Virus record (IMG/VR): IMGVR_UViG_3300000239_000003
Coordinates: 1,862 to 65,861 of that record
Reading direction: 5' to 3' (one strand)
From: a virus
Lineage: Duplodnaviria; Caudoviricetes
DNA length: 64,000 bases
Shown: piece by piece, positions 28,316 through 37,879 of the stretch
Position numbering within the stretch: position 1 is the first letter of the stretch
Layout of the letters: every line of letters begins with the position of its first letter
Notes under the pieces: model-generated
The model's database searches: none
What the model saw: the letters and a program-made list of their open reading frames with translations, nothing else
Told to the model about the DNA's origin: nothing
Position numbers and translations under genes: made by a program

Positions 28316-28447
28316 TTATTGTCCGCCTTCAGGCCCACCTGTTGGGATCCATGCTGTCATTTCCCAATAACCTAGCCAATCACCTAGAAAGCCTACCACT
28401 AATACTGCGGCAACTATCATAGCAATTTTCTTTTGTTTATCACTCAT
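28316..28447 (-). CDS. 43-aa single-TM micro-protein
   Basis: MSDKQKKIAMIVAAVLVVGFLGDWLGYWEMTAWIPTGGPEGGQ; AGGAG RBS; followed by terminator. Confidence 0.6.
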   Translation of the reverse strand: MSDKQKKIAMIVAAVLVVGFLGDWLGYWEMTAWIPTGGPEGGQ

Positions 28448-29327
28448 TATTATCTCCTAATTTATTTCTCATAGTGTTCAAAACACTATCAGAATAGTTC
28501 CCGAACAAATCATTTATAAATGTTTTTTGCTGATCGCTTGATAAATTTGGAAATCGTTGACGAATTTCGGTGGCGCTTCGTGCCGGCTCACCCATAACAT
28601 TAAATGTAATTGTTGGTACAGTAGTCACATAACTATGATCAGTCAGTGACTTCGCGTTATCCCACCCATTCCATCGTTGCATGTGTGCTGGTTGAAGATC
28701 TTTCTTAAGATTAGGACCTTTGGTAGGAAAATTGAATCTTGGGTCTTCTGCCATGTCTTTTTCGCTTACAGCGTATAACACGACAGTATTGTTCATATCG
28801 TACTTACTTGTAATCTCTTCTGCCTTATAAGGCTGTGTTGTTCTTACTACTACTTGTGGATCAATTCCTGTAGTAGATATCATTTCTCGTTTTTCTTCAA
28901 ACGAAAATGGTGATTTACCTGGTTCTTGTTTTCCACTAGTTGCTATCCACACGTCAGCAGTTGCACCATATTTTCTTACTAAATCTTTATAAACGCTTGC
29001 GTGACCTTTGTGGAAAGGATGGAATCGTCCAGGATATATTACAACTAATTTGTCATTAGTTGCTTCTGTTAAACTTGCTTGTATTTCGTAATCTTCTAAT
29101 GTAATTTGTTCTATTATCTTATCTAACTGGTCATCACTTAATTCTTCTGATAATGTAATCTCTACAACACTACCTTCAGGTGTGTCATATTCTGCCAAAT
29201 CCATATAACTGTGTTCGTCATCGGACTCATACAAATTAGTATCAGTATTGGTCGCAACAGTTGCGGCGAAATTTGCGGTAGCCGTGTTGTCGTGTTCGTT
29301 TGTAATTAAGCGAATAAAATGGGTCAT
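28440..29327 (-). CDS. cytidylyltransferase-superfamily nucleotidyltransferase with acidic N-terminal domain
   Basis: YPGRFHPFHKGH (HxGH), SPFSFEEK, SATEIR; domain begins after SLTEA. Confidence 0.8.
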   Translation of the reverse strand: MTHFIRLITNEHDNTATANFAATVATNTDTNLYESDDEHSYMDLAEYDTPEGSVVEITLSEELSDDQLDKIIEQITLEDYEIQASLTEATNDKLVVIYPGRFHPFHKGHASVYKDLVRKYGATADVWIATSGKQEPGKSPFSFEEKREMISTTGIDPQVVVRTTQPYKAEEITSKYDMNNTVVLYAVSEKDMAEDPRFNFPTKGPNLKKDLQPAHMQRWNGWDNAKSLTDHSYVTTVPTITFNVMGEPARSATEIRQRFPNLSSDQQKTFINDLFGNYSDSVLNTMRNKLGDNNE

Positions 29328-29331
29328 AAAA

Positions 29332-29901
29332 TTAGTAATTATAAAGGACTTTGGTGACAGAGCCTGCTGTCATTCCCGTTAGTGCGGCACGAACCCAAAC
29401 AAAGTTACCTGTATAGTTGTATCCTTTGTTGGACGTTTCTGCGGATGCGTATGTTGCACTAGTAGCATCTACATCAAACCAATCATCTTTAGTTGGTGTT
29501 GATGCTAGGGATGCTTGCATTTTAACAACTCCTATATATGCATTTAAATGAAATGCTGAAGTATGCAAACCATCAGTATAACCATAATAACCATCTGCTT
29601 TTTGTTTTCCACTATAAGCACCTTGATGATCAACTGTTACACTTGCGCCTGCCGCTTCTGTTGTTACTGTCTCTAAAACAGTGAGAGTTGTTGCTGTAGG
29701 TGATCCGCTGACAGTAAATGTTGCATTATTACTTACACTACCTGTAACTACAACAATATCACCGTCTACAAAGTCAGTGAATGCTATAGTTCCAGTATTA
29801 CTGGATACTAAAGTCTTATTTGTTGCGTTAAAAGTAACTACTGTGCCAGCCTTATTCGCAATATGCGATTTACTGGGGAAAAGTATAATACTATCTGCCA
29901 T
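29332..29901 (-). CDS. putative virion structural protein
   Basis: T/S/G-rich beta insert; KADGYYGYTDGLHT...NYTGNFVWVRA. Confidence 0.65.
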   Translation of the reverse strand: MADSIILFPSKSHIANKAGTVVTFNATNKTLVSSNTGTIAFTDFVDGDIVVVTGSVSNNATFTVSGSPTATTLTVLETVTTEAAGASVTVDHQGAYSGKQKADGYYGYTDGLHTSAFHLNAYIGVVKMQASLASTPTKDDWFDVDATSATYASAETSNKGYNYTGNFVWVRAALTGMTAGSVTKVLYNY

Positions 29902-29902
29902 G

Positions 29903-30067
29903 TTATTCCTTTATAATTTCAATTAGTCTTCCGGCACCTACTAATTCTTGAACTACGCCTTCTAAAGTACCAACAAACTCCTCGTCCATAATTGGGGATT
30001 CGTTCTCGCTATCTTTGAGTAATTCACTAACTTTGATTACTACCATATCTTCATTGATCTTAGCCAT
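29903..30067 (-). CDS. 54-aa conserved phage protein
   Basis: MAKINEDMVVIKVSELLKD...LEGVVQELVG; directly behind TATAAATA. Confidence 0.65.
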   Translation of the reverse strand: MAKINEDMVVIKVSELLKDSENESPIMDEEFVGTLEGVVQELVGAGRLIEIIKE

Positions 30068-30089
30068 GCATATATTTATACGATTTTGG

Positions 30090-30812
30090 CTATAATTCGG
30101 ACTCTAAAACATACTTGATAATGCGTATCGGACAACGTGTCAGGAACATTTTGCTCATCATTAGCGTTGTGTCGTCCTCAATGTACATAAAACCTTGATC
30201 TAACCATAATTGTGGCTTATTAAAGTACATTTTTGTTTTTCTAGAGAATCTAACAGCATCGCCCTGTGCCTCTCCCCAATTTAATAGAGATTTTGGAATT
30301 TCGTGTGTTGTAGTATAGTTATTCATTATAACTTTATAACGATATCTATTATATGGTAAATCTTTAACTATTATAGAATCTTTGCTATTTAATAAAAATG
30401 GAATAGCATCAATTTGAGGGCGACAATCGACATGCAAAAATTCATTAAATAAGTATATAAGGTTTTCATGCAGATCTAATTTATTTGTAAATATACTTAC
30501 ACTGGGCTCTGCTACTCTTAACAATACAGTTTTATCATACCTATACGGTTCTAATATTTTAGCAATATGAAGTATCTCTTTTTCATTTTCATCATACTTG
30601 CCAATAATATTTTTTAATAATGTTGCTCGCCACGATGAAGATTTAAATTCTTGAATATGTGTTTTTATATCAGATGATGAATAATTAGTTCTTAATACAT
30701 AAACACCAGGAAGAATATATATAGACTTGTATAGATATTTATTATACCAAAGTTTAGTTGTTTCATCCTGTCTATGTTCTGGAATTCTTTTAAAATCATT
30801 ATAATAATGCAT
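30090..30812 (-). CDS. hypothetical protein
   Basis: 240 aa; internal repeat KLWYNKYLYK / DLPYNRYRYK. Confidence 0.6.
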   Translation of the reverse strand: MHYYNDFKRIPEHRQDETTKLWYNKYLYKSIYILPGVYVLRTNYSSSDIKTHIQEFKSSSWRATLLKNIIGKYDENEKEILHIAKILEPYRYDKTVLLRVAEPSVSIFTNKLDLHENLIYLFNEFLHVDCRPQIDAIPFLLNSKDSIIVKDLPYNRYRYKVIMNNYTTTHEIPKSLLNWGEAQGDAVRFSRKTKMYFNKPQLWLDQGFMYIEDDTTLMMSKMFLTRCPIRIIKYVLESEL

Positions 30813-33114
30813 CGTCTTTTGGTTTAAAGTTATCTATAACAATATATCCTTCTTTATTTACTACTTCATTTGGTATTTTTTTAGCAGGGGTAGTCCCTGT
30901 GGTAAATAATAATTCTTCATTACTATCTATGTCTATTTCTAATATAACATCATGTATTTGATCGAATAGTATTTTATGTGCTAATGATGTTTTTATTTTT
31001 TCATTAATTACTCTTGCTAATGGACGAGCACCCATTTTTGGATTCCATCCTTTATCTAACAAATATTCTTTTAATTTAAGTGTAGGTTTGATTAATATAT
31101 TTTTCTCTACTATTAAACTATTAAGTTCACCAATAAACTTATCAACAATTAACAACATACTTTCTTTACTTAATTTATTAAACTTCACTATAGCGTCAAG
31201 TCTATTTCTAAATTCTGGTGGGAAGAATCGTTCTACTGCTACATCATCTTCACCTTCTTTTTCTAATCCCGCAAATCCAATTGCGTTCTTTTCCATTTCG
31301 GCCGCGCCTAAGTTTGATGTCATAATTAACACAACATTACGCATATCAACTCGCTTACCATTACTACCACTTAAATAACCACCGTCCATTATTTGTAGCA
31401 ATACATTGGAAACATCTTTGTGTGCTTTTTCAATTTCATCCAATAGTAATATAGCATGTGGATCTTTCTCAACATCATTAAGCAGTTTACCACCTGCCAT
31501 TTCTGAATCCTCAAATCCAACATAGCCTGGTGGTGCGCCAATTAGTTTAGCAACACTGTGACGTTCTTGATACTCACTCATATCATAACGCAATAATTTC
31601 ACACCTAAATATATTGCTAGTTGCTTACATACTTCGGTTTTACCTACACCAGTTGGACCTGTAAACAAGAACGATGCTGTAGGTTTATCAATGTCCTTTA
31701 GTCCTGCTTTAGCAATATATATTTTCTCACAAATTTTATCAATTGCCTCATCTTGACCAAATACAACTCCGCGCAAGTTGCCTTCTAAATGAACAACGTT
31801 ATCTGATTTTTCCGTACGTAATTGGTCAATTGGCATACGTGCTATTTTACTTACTTGCTGTAAGATATCTTCGTGATCTATTATTCTATTTGTTTTTCCA
31901 CTCACTGTGCGTTTAGCACAAGCAGTATCTATTAAATCAATTGCCTTGTCTGGCAATTTTCTATCTGCAATAAATTTAATGCTTTTGTCCACTGCTGTAT
32001 CAATTGCTTTATTAGTAATTTCTAAATTGTGAAACTCTTCATAATATTTTTTAATACCAATCAATATATCAATTGCTTCATCACGAGTCGGCTCATCAAT
32101 GACTAATCTAAAGAACCGTCTCATTAATGCGCGATCCTTTTCAAAACTTTTTCTATAATCTTCCCATGTTGTGCTTGCTATAACTTTAATATGTCCACGT
32201 GATAAAGCAGGTTTTAGCATATTACTAAAATCAACACCACCACTTCCACTACTGCTAGTACCAGCACCACTCATCATGTGTGCTTCATCAATAAACAATA
32301 TTACATTGTTTAATTTTTCTAAAGCAATAATAACGTGCCGAACCTTTTCCTCAAATTCACCTCTATACTTACTGCCCGCTAACAAAGCACCAATCTCTAA
32401 ACTATAAATTGTGTTATCTATTAAATTAGAAGGAACATCTTTGTGCTGTATTCTATACGCTAGTCCTTCTACTACTGCTGTTTTACCAACACCTGGTTCA
32501 CCAACCATTATAACATTATTTTTAGCTTTACGTGCTAATGTTTCAGATATATCATTTATTTCATCCATGCGTCCAATAACAGGGTCTATTTTACCTTTAT
32601 CAACTAGGGTATTTAAATTAGTGCAGTATTCTTCAAGAATTTGCGTTGCTTTATTAGCAATATTCTGTTTTTCATCATCTCCACAATAATGTATATTATA
32701 AAAATCTATTAATTTTTGTGTTTCTATATCATATTTGCGTAATACCCATGTAGCATAAGAATGGGGTTCATTTGTAATACTAATATACAAATCCATTATT
32801 TGGAATTTTTGTCGCCCACTAAATAAAACCTGTGTGAATGCTCTACTAAATACTCTTTCTAATGCATGGGTTTTCTTAGGTTGACTAACACTAGTGTCAA
32901 CAATATCCACAAACCGTGTATTGAGTATAATATGTAATTCATCATGTAAAGCCGTCCAATTAGCACCAAAGTCTATTAGCATTTGTTTGAAAGTATCAGT
33001 TTTCAATAAAGCTAACAATATATGTTCGACAGTTACAAAAGAATGATTGTGTGTTATAGCAATTTTAACTGCTTCTTCTACTATTGCTTCAATTTCGGGA
33101 TTACTATCAAACAT
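30799..33114 (-). CDS. clpA: ATP-dependent Clp protease ATP-binding subunit (ClpA-like)
   Basis: Clp N domain (EHILLAL), GEPGVGKT and GPTGVGKT Walker A, DMSEYQERHSVAKLIGAPPGYVG, ClpP-docking IGF loop. Confidence 0.92.
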   Translation of the reverse strand: MFDSNPEIEAIVEEAVKIAITHNHSFVTVEHILLALLKTDTFKQMLIDFGANWTALHDELHIILNTRFVDIVDTSVSQPKKTHALERVFSRAFTQVLFSGRQKFQIMDLYISITNEPHSYATWVLRKYDIETQKLIDFYNIHYCGDDEKQNIANKATQILEEYCTNLNTLVDKGKIDPVIGRMDEINDISETLARKAKNNVIMVGEPGVGKTAVVEGLAYRIQHKDVPSNLIDNTIYSLEIGALLAGSKYRGEFEEKVRHVIIALEKLNNVILFIDEAHMMSGAGTSSSGSGGVDFSNMLKPALSRGHIKVIASTTWEDYRKSFEKDRALMRRFFRLVIDEPTRDEAIDILIGIKKYYEEFHNLEITNKAIDTAVDKSIKFIADRKLPDKAIDLIDTACAKRTVSGKTNRIIDHEDILQQVSKIARMPIDQLRTEKSDNVVHLEGNLRGVVFGQDEAIDKICEKIYIAKAGLKDIDKPTASFLFTGPTGVGKTEVCKQLAIYLGVKLLRYDMSEYQERHSVAKLIGAPPGYVGFEDSEMAGGKLLNDVEKDPHAILLLDEIEKAHKDVSNVLLQIMDGGYLSGSNGKRVDMRNVVLIMTSNLGAAEMEKNAIGFAGLEKEGEDDVAVERFFPPEFRNRLDAIVKFNKLSKESMLLIVDKFIGELNSLIVEKNILIKPTLKLKEYLLDKGWNPKMGARPLARVINEKIKTSLAHKILFDQIHDVILEIDIDSNEELLFTTGTTPAKKIPNEVVNKEGYIVIDNFKPKDDALL

Positions 33115-33568
33115 CGTATACGCTAACTCTGTCGTTAAAGGTAATACCATTTAAATGATCTAGTTCATGCAAATAACATCTAGCAGTATATCCACTAAGT
33201 TCTTCATCACTCCATTTATTACCTAGATAATCATAATACTCTATTTTAATCCAATTCGAACGTTCTATTTCTAAATGTTCTCCAGGAAAACTTAAACATC
33301 CTTCTGTATCAATATTAGTTTCTTTACTACTTTCTAATACTGATGGATTAAAAAAGTATTTAAATTTATTTTGCCAATCTTCACTAAACATTACAAATAA
33401 ACGTTTACTAATTCCTATTTGCGGAGCTGCAAGACCAATACCTTTGTTTTCTACCATAAACGCCATCATCATTACTGCAAGTTTCTGTAGTTGGAATGGT
33501 TTATCAAACACAACAGGCTTCGCCTCTTTGTGTAAGACACGTTTAGTAAGTTTTATTTTTCGCTCCAT
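33107..33568 (-). CDS. def: peptide deformylase
   Basis: GIGLAAPQIG, EGCLS, HELDHLNG. Confidence 0.95.
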   Translation of the reverse strand: MERKIKLTKRVLHKEAKPVVFDKPFQLQKLAVMMMAFMVENKGIGLAAPQIGISKRLFVMFSEDWQNKFKYFFNPSVLESSKETNIDTEGCLSFPGEHLEIERSNWIKIEYYDYLGNKWSDEELSGYTARCYLHELDHLNGITFNDRVSVYDV

Positions 33569-33574
33569 GATATA

Positions 33575-33715
33575 TTATACCCAACCAAAGGCATAAGCAA
33601 TGCCTACCTCTAAAGACAGGACAACTGCTAATGTGCCAAAAGCTGTTAATAAGGCAAATGGAATATACTTCCAAGCACCTTTAGGTTTGGCTTTATCACA
33701 ACATGTTTCTTTCAT
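33575..33715 (-). CDS. 46-aa single-TM micro-protein
   Basis: MKETCCDKAKPKGAWKYIPFALLTAFGTLAVVLSLEVGIAYAFGWV; CTAAATA 5 nt upstream. Confidence 0.55.
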   Translation of the reverse strand: MKETCCDKAKPKGAWKYIPFALLTAFGTLAVVLSLEVGIAYAFGWV

Positions 33716-33727
33716 ACAAATATTTAG

Positions 33728-34588
33728 TTACGATGATTTAAGTAAATCTTGTATTAGATTCTTTTGATCAGTAGTTAAATTTTTAGGTATGTTAATGTTT
33801 AATTGTACAAATAGATCCCCATATAAATTACTATCCATAACAGGCATTCCTTGTTGTTTTAATAATAACTTGCTATTGGGTTGAGAACCGGGAGGAATTT
33901 TTACCTTTAATTCACCACCTGTAATTGTAGGTAATATTTTTTCGGCACCGAGCATTGCTTCAAAACAATTTAATTCTATTACAGTAAATAAATTTTGTCC
34001 TTGGCGTTGATATGTGTTATGATTATATACTTGAACAGTAACTAACAAATCACCAGAAGGCATATTCGGCATAGCCCTATCACCCAATTCACGCATACGC
34101 AAAGTTGTGTCGCTTATTACACCACGTGGTATAGTAACATCTATTGTTTTTAATTCATTAGATGTGCGATACTCAAGTCGTTTATTAACTCCATTATATG
34201 CTTCTTCTAATGTTATTGCTATTTGTATATGAACATCTCTATTGCGTTGTTGTCGCTGTCTAAAAGGACCACGTCCACCAAATACCTCTCCAAATACTTC
34301 TTCTATGTTTATATTAATAGGACCGGCGCCACCAGTAGACCATACAAATGGACCTTGTTGTCCGCCAAATTCTTGCGGACCACCGTATTTGCGTAAATGA
34401 TCATACTCTTCACGTTTATCACTCGTAAGGATATCGTTGGCTTCGTTTATTTGCTGAAACTGTTTCCCATCACCGCCTTTGTCGGGATGATGTTTCATAG
34501 CCAACTTACGATATGCTTTTTTAATAGCCGCAGGCTTTGCGTCTTCGCTTACGCCTAGTATTTCGTAGTAATTTTTGCTTGCATCCAT
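33728..34588 (-). CDS. dnaJ: DnaJ-class co-chaperone (CbpA-like, no zinc finger)
   Basis: J domain with HPD, G/F-rich linker, C-terminal substrate-binding domain (GDLLV, GDLFV). Confidence 0.92.
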   Translation of the reverse strand: MDASKNYYEILGVSEDAKPAAIKKAYRKLAMKHHPDKGGDGKQFQQINEANDILTSDKREEYDHLRKYGGPQEFGGQQGPFVWSTGGAGPININIEEVFGEVFGGRGPFRQRQQRNRDVHIQIAITLEEAYNGVNKRLEYRTSNELKTIDVTIPRGVISDTTLRMRELGDRAMPNMPSGDLLVTVQVYNHNTYQRQGQNLFTVIELNCFEAMLGAEKILPTITGGELKVKIPPGSQPNSKLLLKQQGMPVMDSNLYGDLFVQLNINIPKNLTTDQKNLIQDLLKSS

Positions 34589-34598
34589 ATACTATGTA

Positions 34599-34627
34599 AT
34601 TATAACATATCTTTATGGAAAAGTCTA
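34599..34627 (-). promoter_or_regulatory. sigma70-type promoter for dnaJ
   Basis: TAGACT-N17-TATAAT with extended -10. Confidence 0.65.
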
Positions 34628-34932
34628 GTCAGGATCTTCTTCCGGAATCCATTCGGTCCATTCTATATTGTCTTCATTCCAGTCATACACTTTGCCATCG
34701 TTAGGATAAGGTATAGATGATTCCCAAAGACAAGTTGACTCATCTAACAACCAACTGTCATAAGGTTTGGGTGGGATAAAAGCATCCCTAGTTGCATCAT
34801 ATGTATAACCAATTCCCGCATAGTTTTTGCGGAGCCTGTTTCACCACTATTAAGTCGTATTAGTGGATCAGTAATGTTAGTAACATCAAAGTTGATTTGT
34901 CCTGCTCTTGGTCTTGGTCTTGTTAATGCCAT
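34625..34932 (-). pseudogene. chimeric remnant: tail-fibre-like N-terminus joined out of frame to the C-terminal half of a tail-associated protein
   Basis: MALTRPRPRAGQINFDVTNITDPLIRLNSGETGS then, in another frame from ~34834, LRKNYAGIGYTYDATRDAFIPPKPYDSW...YDWNE...* with no start. Confidence 0.75.
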
Positions 34933-34942
34933 ATTTTATTTC

Positions 34943-35683
34943 CTAACTATATAGTGTATCTATAGGTACCCACGCACTACCATTATAACCTTCGAAACGC
35001 GTCGTGGTACTATTAAAACGCATCATACCTGTTTCTGGAGTACCAGGTCGTTGTGCTGTAGTTCCTACTGGTATGATTATAGCATCTGTACCAGTAACGT
35101 CTAATGTTGCGGCAGGTGAGGTAGTTCCTATTCCAAACTTTCCCGTTGAATCTACAGTCAGTCTGTTTATTCCTGCGGTCATATCGTCAATATGAAACTT
35201 TGTTGCATCTACATTTATATCATACTTATGATTGTCCGATGAGTCCTGAATACGAAGTTGGTTTGCCACACCCTTTAAATGGAGTAGTTGCTCTGGACTT
35301 GTAGCACCTATACCAACCCTTTCCGATGAATCAATAGTAACTGCTAAAGCATTAGCATTGTCATCAATACCAGTGGATGCAAAATTAGAAATAGTACCAG
35401 CATCTATCTTGTTTCCTGATAGAGCATTATTTGCAACTTCTGCATCTGTTATTACGAGTGTTGCTAATTTACTTTGTGCTATTGCCGCACTTGCGTTCAC
35501 TTGAGAATTAGTAATATCAAGTGACAATTTACTTTGTGCTATTGCCGCACTTGCATTAACGTCAGCATTAACTATATCTAAAGATGCTAATTTTGTTTTA
35601 GCAATCTCGGCTGATGCATGTATATCCGCATCAATAATTGTTCCATCTTCGATTAGGCCACTAGGTACTTTTGTTAATGCCAT
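34943..35683 (-). CDS. short tail-fibre-like protein
   Basis: MALTKV start, ASAAIAQSKL repeats, GIGTTSP repeats, C-terminal PVGTTAQRP...GMMRFNST...FEGYNGSAW; late promoter upstream. Confidence 0.8.
   Translation of the reverse strand: MALTKVPSGLIEDGTIIDADIHASAEIAKTKLASLDIVNADVNASAAIAQSKLSLDITNSQVNASAAIAQSKLATLVITDAEVANNALSGNKIDAGTISNFASTGIDDNANALAVTIDSSERVGIGATSPEQLLHLKGVANQLRIQDSSDNHKYDINVDATKFHIDDMTAGINRLTVDSTGKFGIGTTSPAATLDVTGTDAIIIPVGTTAQRPGTPETGMMRFNSTTTRFEGYNGSAWVPIDTLYS
35466..35554. repeat. coding direct repeat, 29 bp x2 at 60-bp period
   Basis: AATTTACTTTGTGCTATTGCCGCACTTGC at 35466-35494 and 35526-35554, encoding ASAAIAQSKL. Confidence 0.85.
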
Positions 35684-35723
35684 CTAAATTGATTCTCCGA
35701 TAATACATGTATTTATACGTATA

Positions 35724-37121
35724 TTATAAAAGGCCTTCTCTTTTCAGATCTTCCTGCGTAGCATTAATACTTGCGTGTAATACTACCATCATATGATCTA
35801 TATTCTCTTTAGTTAATGTCAATGGTGGCGAAATAACATTTAAATGACCAATTGGCCTAATGATTACACCACGGTCTTGTGCGTGATTTGCTATCCTACT
35901 GCCAATATCTACACTTGCTGGAAATAATTCTTTAGTATGGCGTGTCTTAACAAATTCCATACACAACATATAATGACTACCACGTACATCACCAACCATG
36001 TAATGTCCACGCATATGTTGTAATTGTTCTTCAAAGTATGGACCAACTTCACGTACATGTTCAAGTATTTTCTCGTCTTCCATTATTTTAATGTTAGCAA
36101 GTCCAGCGGCACACGCAACAGGATGTCCTGCGTATGTAAAGCCGTGTGTAAATAATGCGCCTTCTGCTTGAGCGCCATCACTGATTACATCGTAAATTTT
36201 GTCTGATATTATAGTTGCTGATAATGGAATGTAACCTGATGAGATGCCTTTAGCACTTGTTATAATGTCAGGCACTATATCAAATATTTCTTCGGATGCA
36301 AACCAATGTCCTAAACGTCCAAAACCTGTTACTACTTCATCTGATATGTATAACATATCAAACTTTTCACAAACTTCTTTCATGCGTTTGTGATAACCTG
36401 GAGGGGCAACAATAACACCACCTGCGCCCATAATAGGTTCAGCAATAAATGCCGCCACATTTTCCGATCCAAGTTCTAATATTTTTTTCTCAAATTCTTT
36501 TACTAATTCATTACAAAATATTTCTAATTGCTCTTTAGTTGGAGGACGGTCACCTTCTATACCTCTATAACAATTAGGTGCTGATATATAATATACTAAA
36601 TCAGGAGCAATATCAAAACCAATGTGATCATGCTGTGTACCTGTTAGTGTCATTGCCATGTATGTGCTACCATGGTATGAGTCTAAACGTGAGATAATTT
36701 TCTTTTTGTTTGGCTTCCCACGTTTATTATTATAAAAATGTATAATACGTATTGCTGTATCATTTGCTATTGAACCACCAGTGCCAAAGAATACATGATT
36801 TAAGTCACCAGGTGCTATCTCCGCTAATTTTGCCGCTAATTCTGCGGCGGGTGGTGTAACTGTAGGACCAAATGTTGCGTAATAAGCAATCTCGTCTATT
36901 TGATCAGCAATTGCTTTCTTCATTGCTTCGTGTGCGTAACCAATGTTTACACACCATAAGCCAGCAATACCATCTAAATACTGATTACCATCGCTATCAT
37001 ATACATAATTACCAAGAGAGTTTGCCATTACTAATGATTTTTCATGATTAGCAAAATTTGTCCATGGGTGTATGTTATGATCTATATCTTTTTGTTGTAA
37101 ATCTTTTGTGTTATATTTCAC
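35724..37121 (-). CDS. class III (omega) aminotransferase
   Basis: YLDGIAGLWCVNIG, SYHGST, FIAEPIMGAGG, DEVVTGFGRLG, SAKGISSGYIPL (PLP Lys), HGFTYAGHP. Confidence 0.95.
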   Translation of the reverse strand: MKYNTKDLQQKDIDHNIHPWTNFANHEKSLVMANSLGNYVYDSDGNQYLDGIAGLWCVNIGYAHEAMKKAIADQIDEIAYYATFGPTVTPPAAELAAKLAEIAPGDLNHVFFGTGGSIANDTAIRIIHFYNNKRGKPNKKKIISRLDSYHGSTYMAMTLTGTQHDHIGFDIAPDLVYYISAPNCYRGIEGDRPPTKEQLEIFCNELVKEFEKKILELGSENVAAFIAEPIMGAGGVIVAPPGYHKRMKEVCEKFDMLYISDEVVTGFGRLGHWFASEEIFDIVPDIITSAKGISSGYIPLSATIISDKIYDVISDGAQAEGALFTHGFTYAGHPVACAAGLANIKIMEDEKILEHVREVGPYFEEQLQHMRGHYMVGDVRGSHYMLCMEFVKTRHTKELFPASVDIGSRIANHAQDRGVIIRPIGHLNVISPPLTLTKENIDHMMVVLHASINATQEDLKREGLL

Positions 37122-37879
37122 TATGCTATCCTTTGATCAATAATTAAGGTGTCCTCAAACCCCTCAATATACATAGTAACTCTATCGCCATGCTTTAGAT
37201 ATAGTTCTGGTTTATCATTGAATACTGCATTGCGTTCCATTAAGCAACCAAATCCATCCATACGCACAGAAGAACTTACTGTTCCACTGCCAATTAATGT
37301 TCCTTCGCTTAATGTTCTAGTTTTTGCCGCGTGTTCTATCAAGTCAGCAAAACTAAATGTCATCTGTTGTGCTGTATTTATTTTTCCAACACGTTCTTCA
37401 TTTAACTCAATTATCATGTTTGCGTGTAATTTACAATCTGTATGAAACATTCCTTTTATTTGTAGTGTTTCATGGCAATATTTGCCTAACGCACTATGAG
37501 GTTTGCTTTGGAAAAATCCAAATCCTTTTGCTAATTCTGCGGGTATTAATTTACGTAAACTAATGTCGTTTATAATAGTAATATACTTAATGTGTTCATA
37601 TGCTTCGTCAGCAGTAGTGCCTAACGGAACTTCATCAACAATAACACCTACCTCTGCTTCAAAGTCTATTCCATATTCCTCAGGGAATGGATGTATGTTT
37701 TCATTCCACAATAAAAATTTGTCACTAACGCCTTGATACATTAATGGATCCCAATTAAAACTATCGGGCATTTTTGCTCCACGAGCCGCACGTAATCTCT
37801 CCATATGTATAAGATATGCACTACCATCACAAAATTGTGTTATATTTAGATCACTCGTCAGTGTGTGTTGTATTTTCAT
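37121..37879 (-). CDS. fumarylacetoacetate hydrolase family protein
   Basis: DGSAY..H, PLMYQG.SD, IDFEAEV, NDISLR.LIPAELAKGFGFFQSKP, IGSGTVS. Confidence 0.9.
   Translation of the reverse strand: MKIQHTLTSDLNITQFCDGSAYLIHMERLRAARGAKMPDSFNWDPLMYQGVSDKFLLWNENIHPFPEEYGIDFEAEVGVIVDEVPLGTTADEAYEHIKYITIINDISLRKLIPAELAKGFGFFQSKPHSALGKYCHETLQIKGMFHTDCKLHANMIIELNEERVGKINTAQQMTFSFADLIEHAAKTRTLSEGTLIGSGTVSSSVRMDGFGCLMERNAVFNDKPELYLKHGDRVTMYIEGFEDTLIIDQRIA

Noticed and set aside
34906-34921. Short TCTTGG tandem repeat giving RPRPR
   Set aside because: A small in-frame slippage in a probable pseudogene; no evidence of phase variation
35466-35554. 29-bp direct repeat separated by 31 bp, superficially CRISPR-like
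   Set aside because: Only two copies, in frame within a fibre gene encoding a repeated peptide; no cas genes or leader
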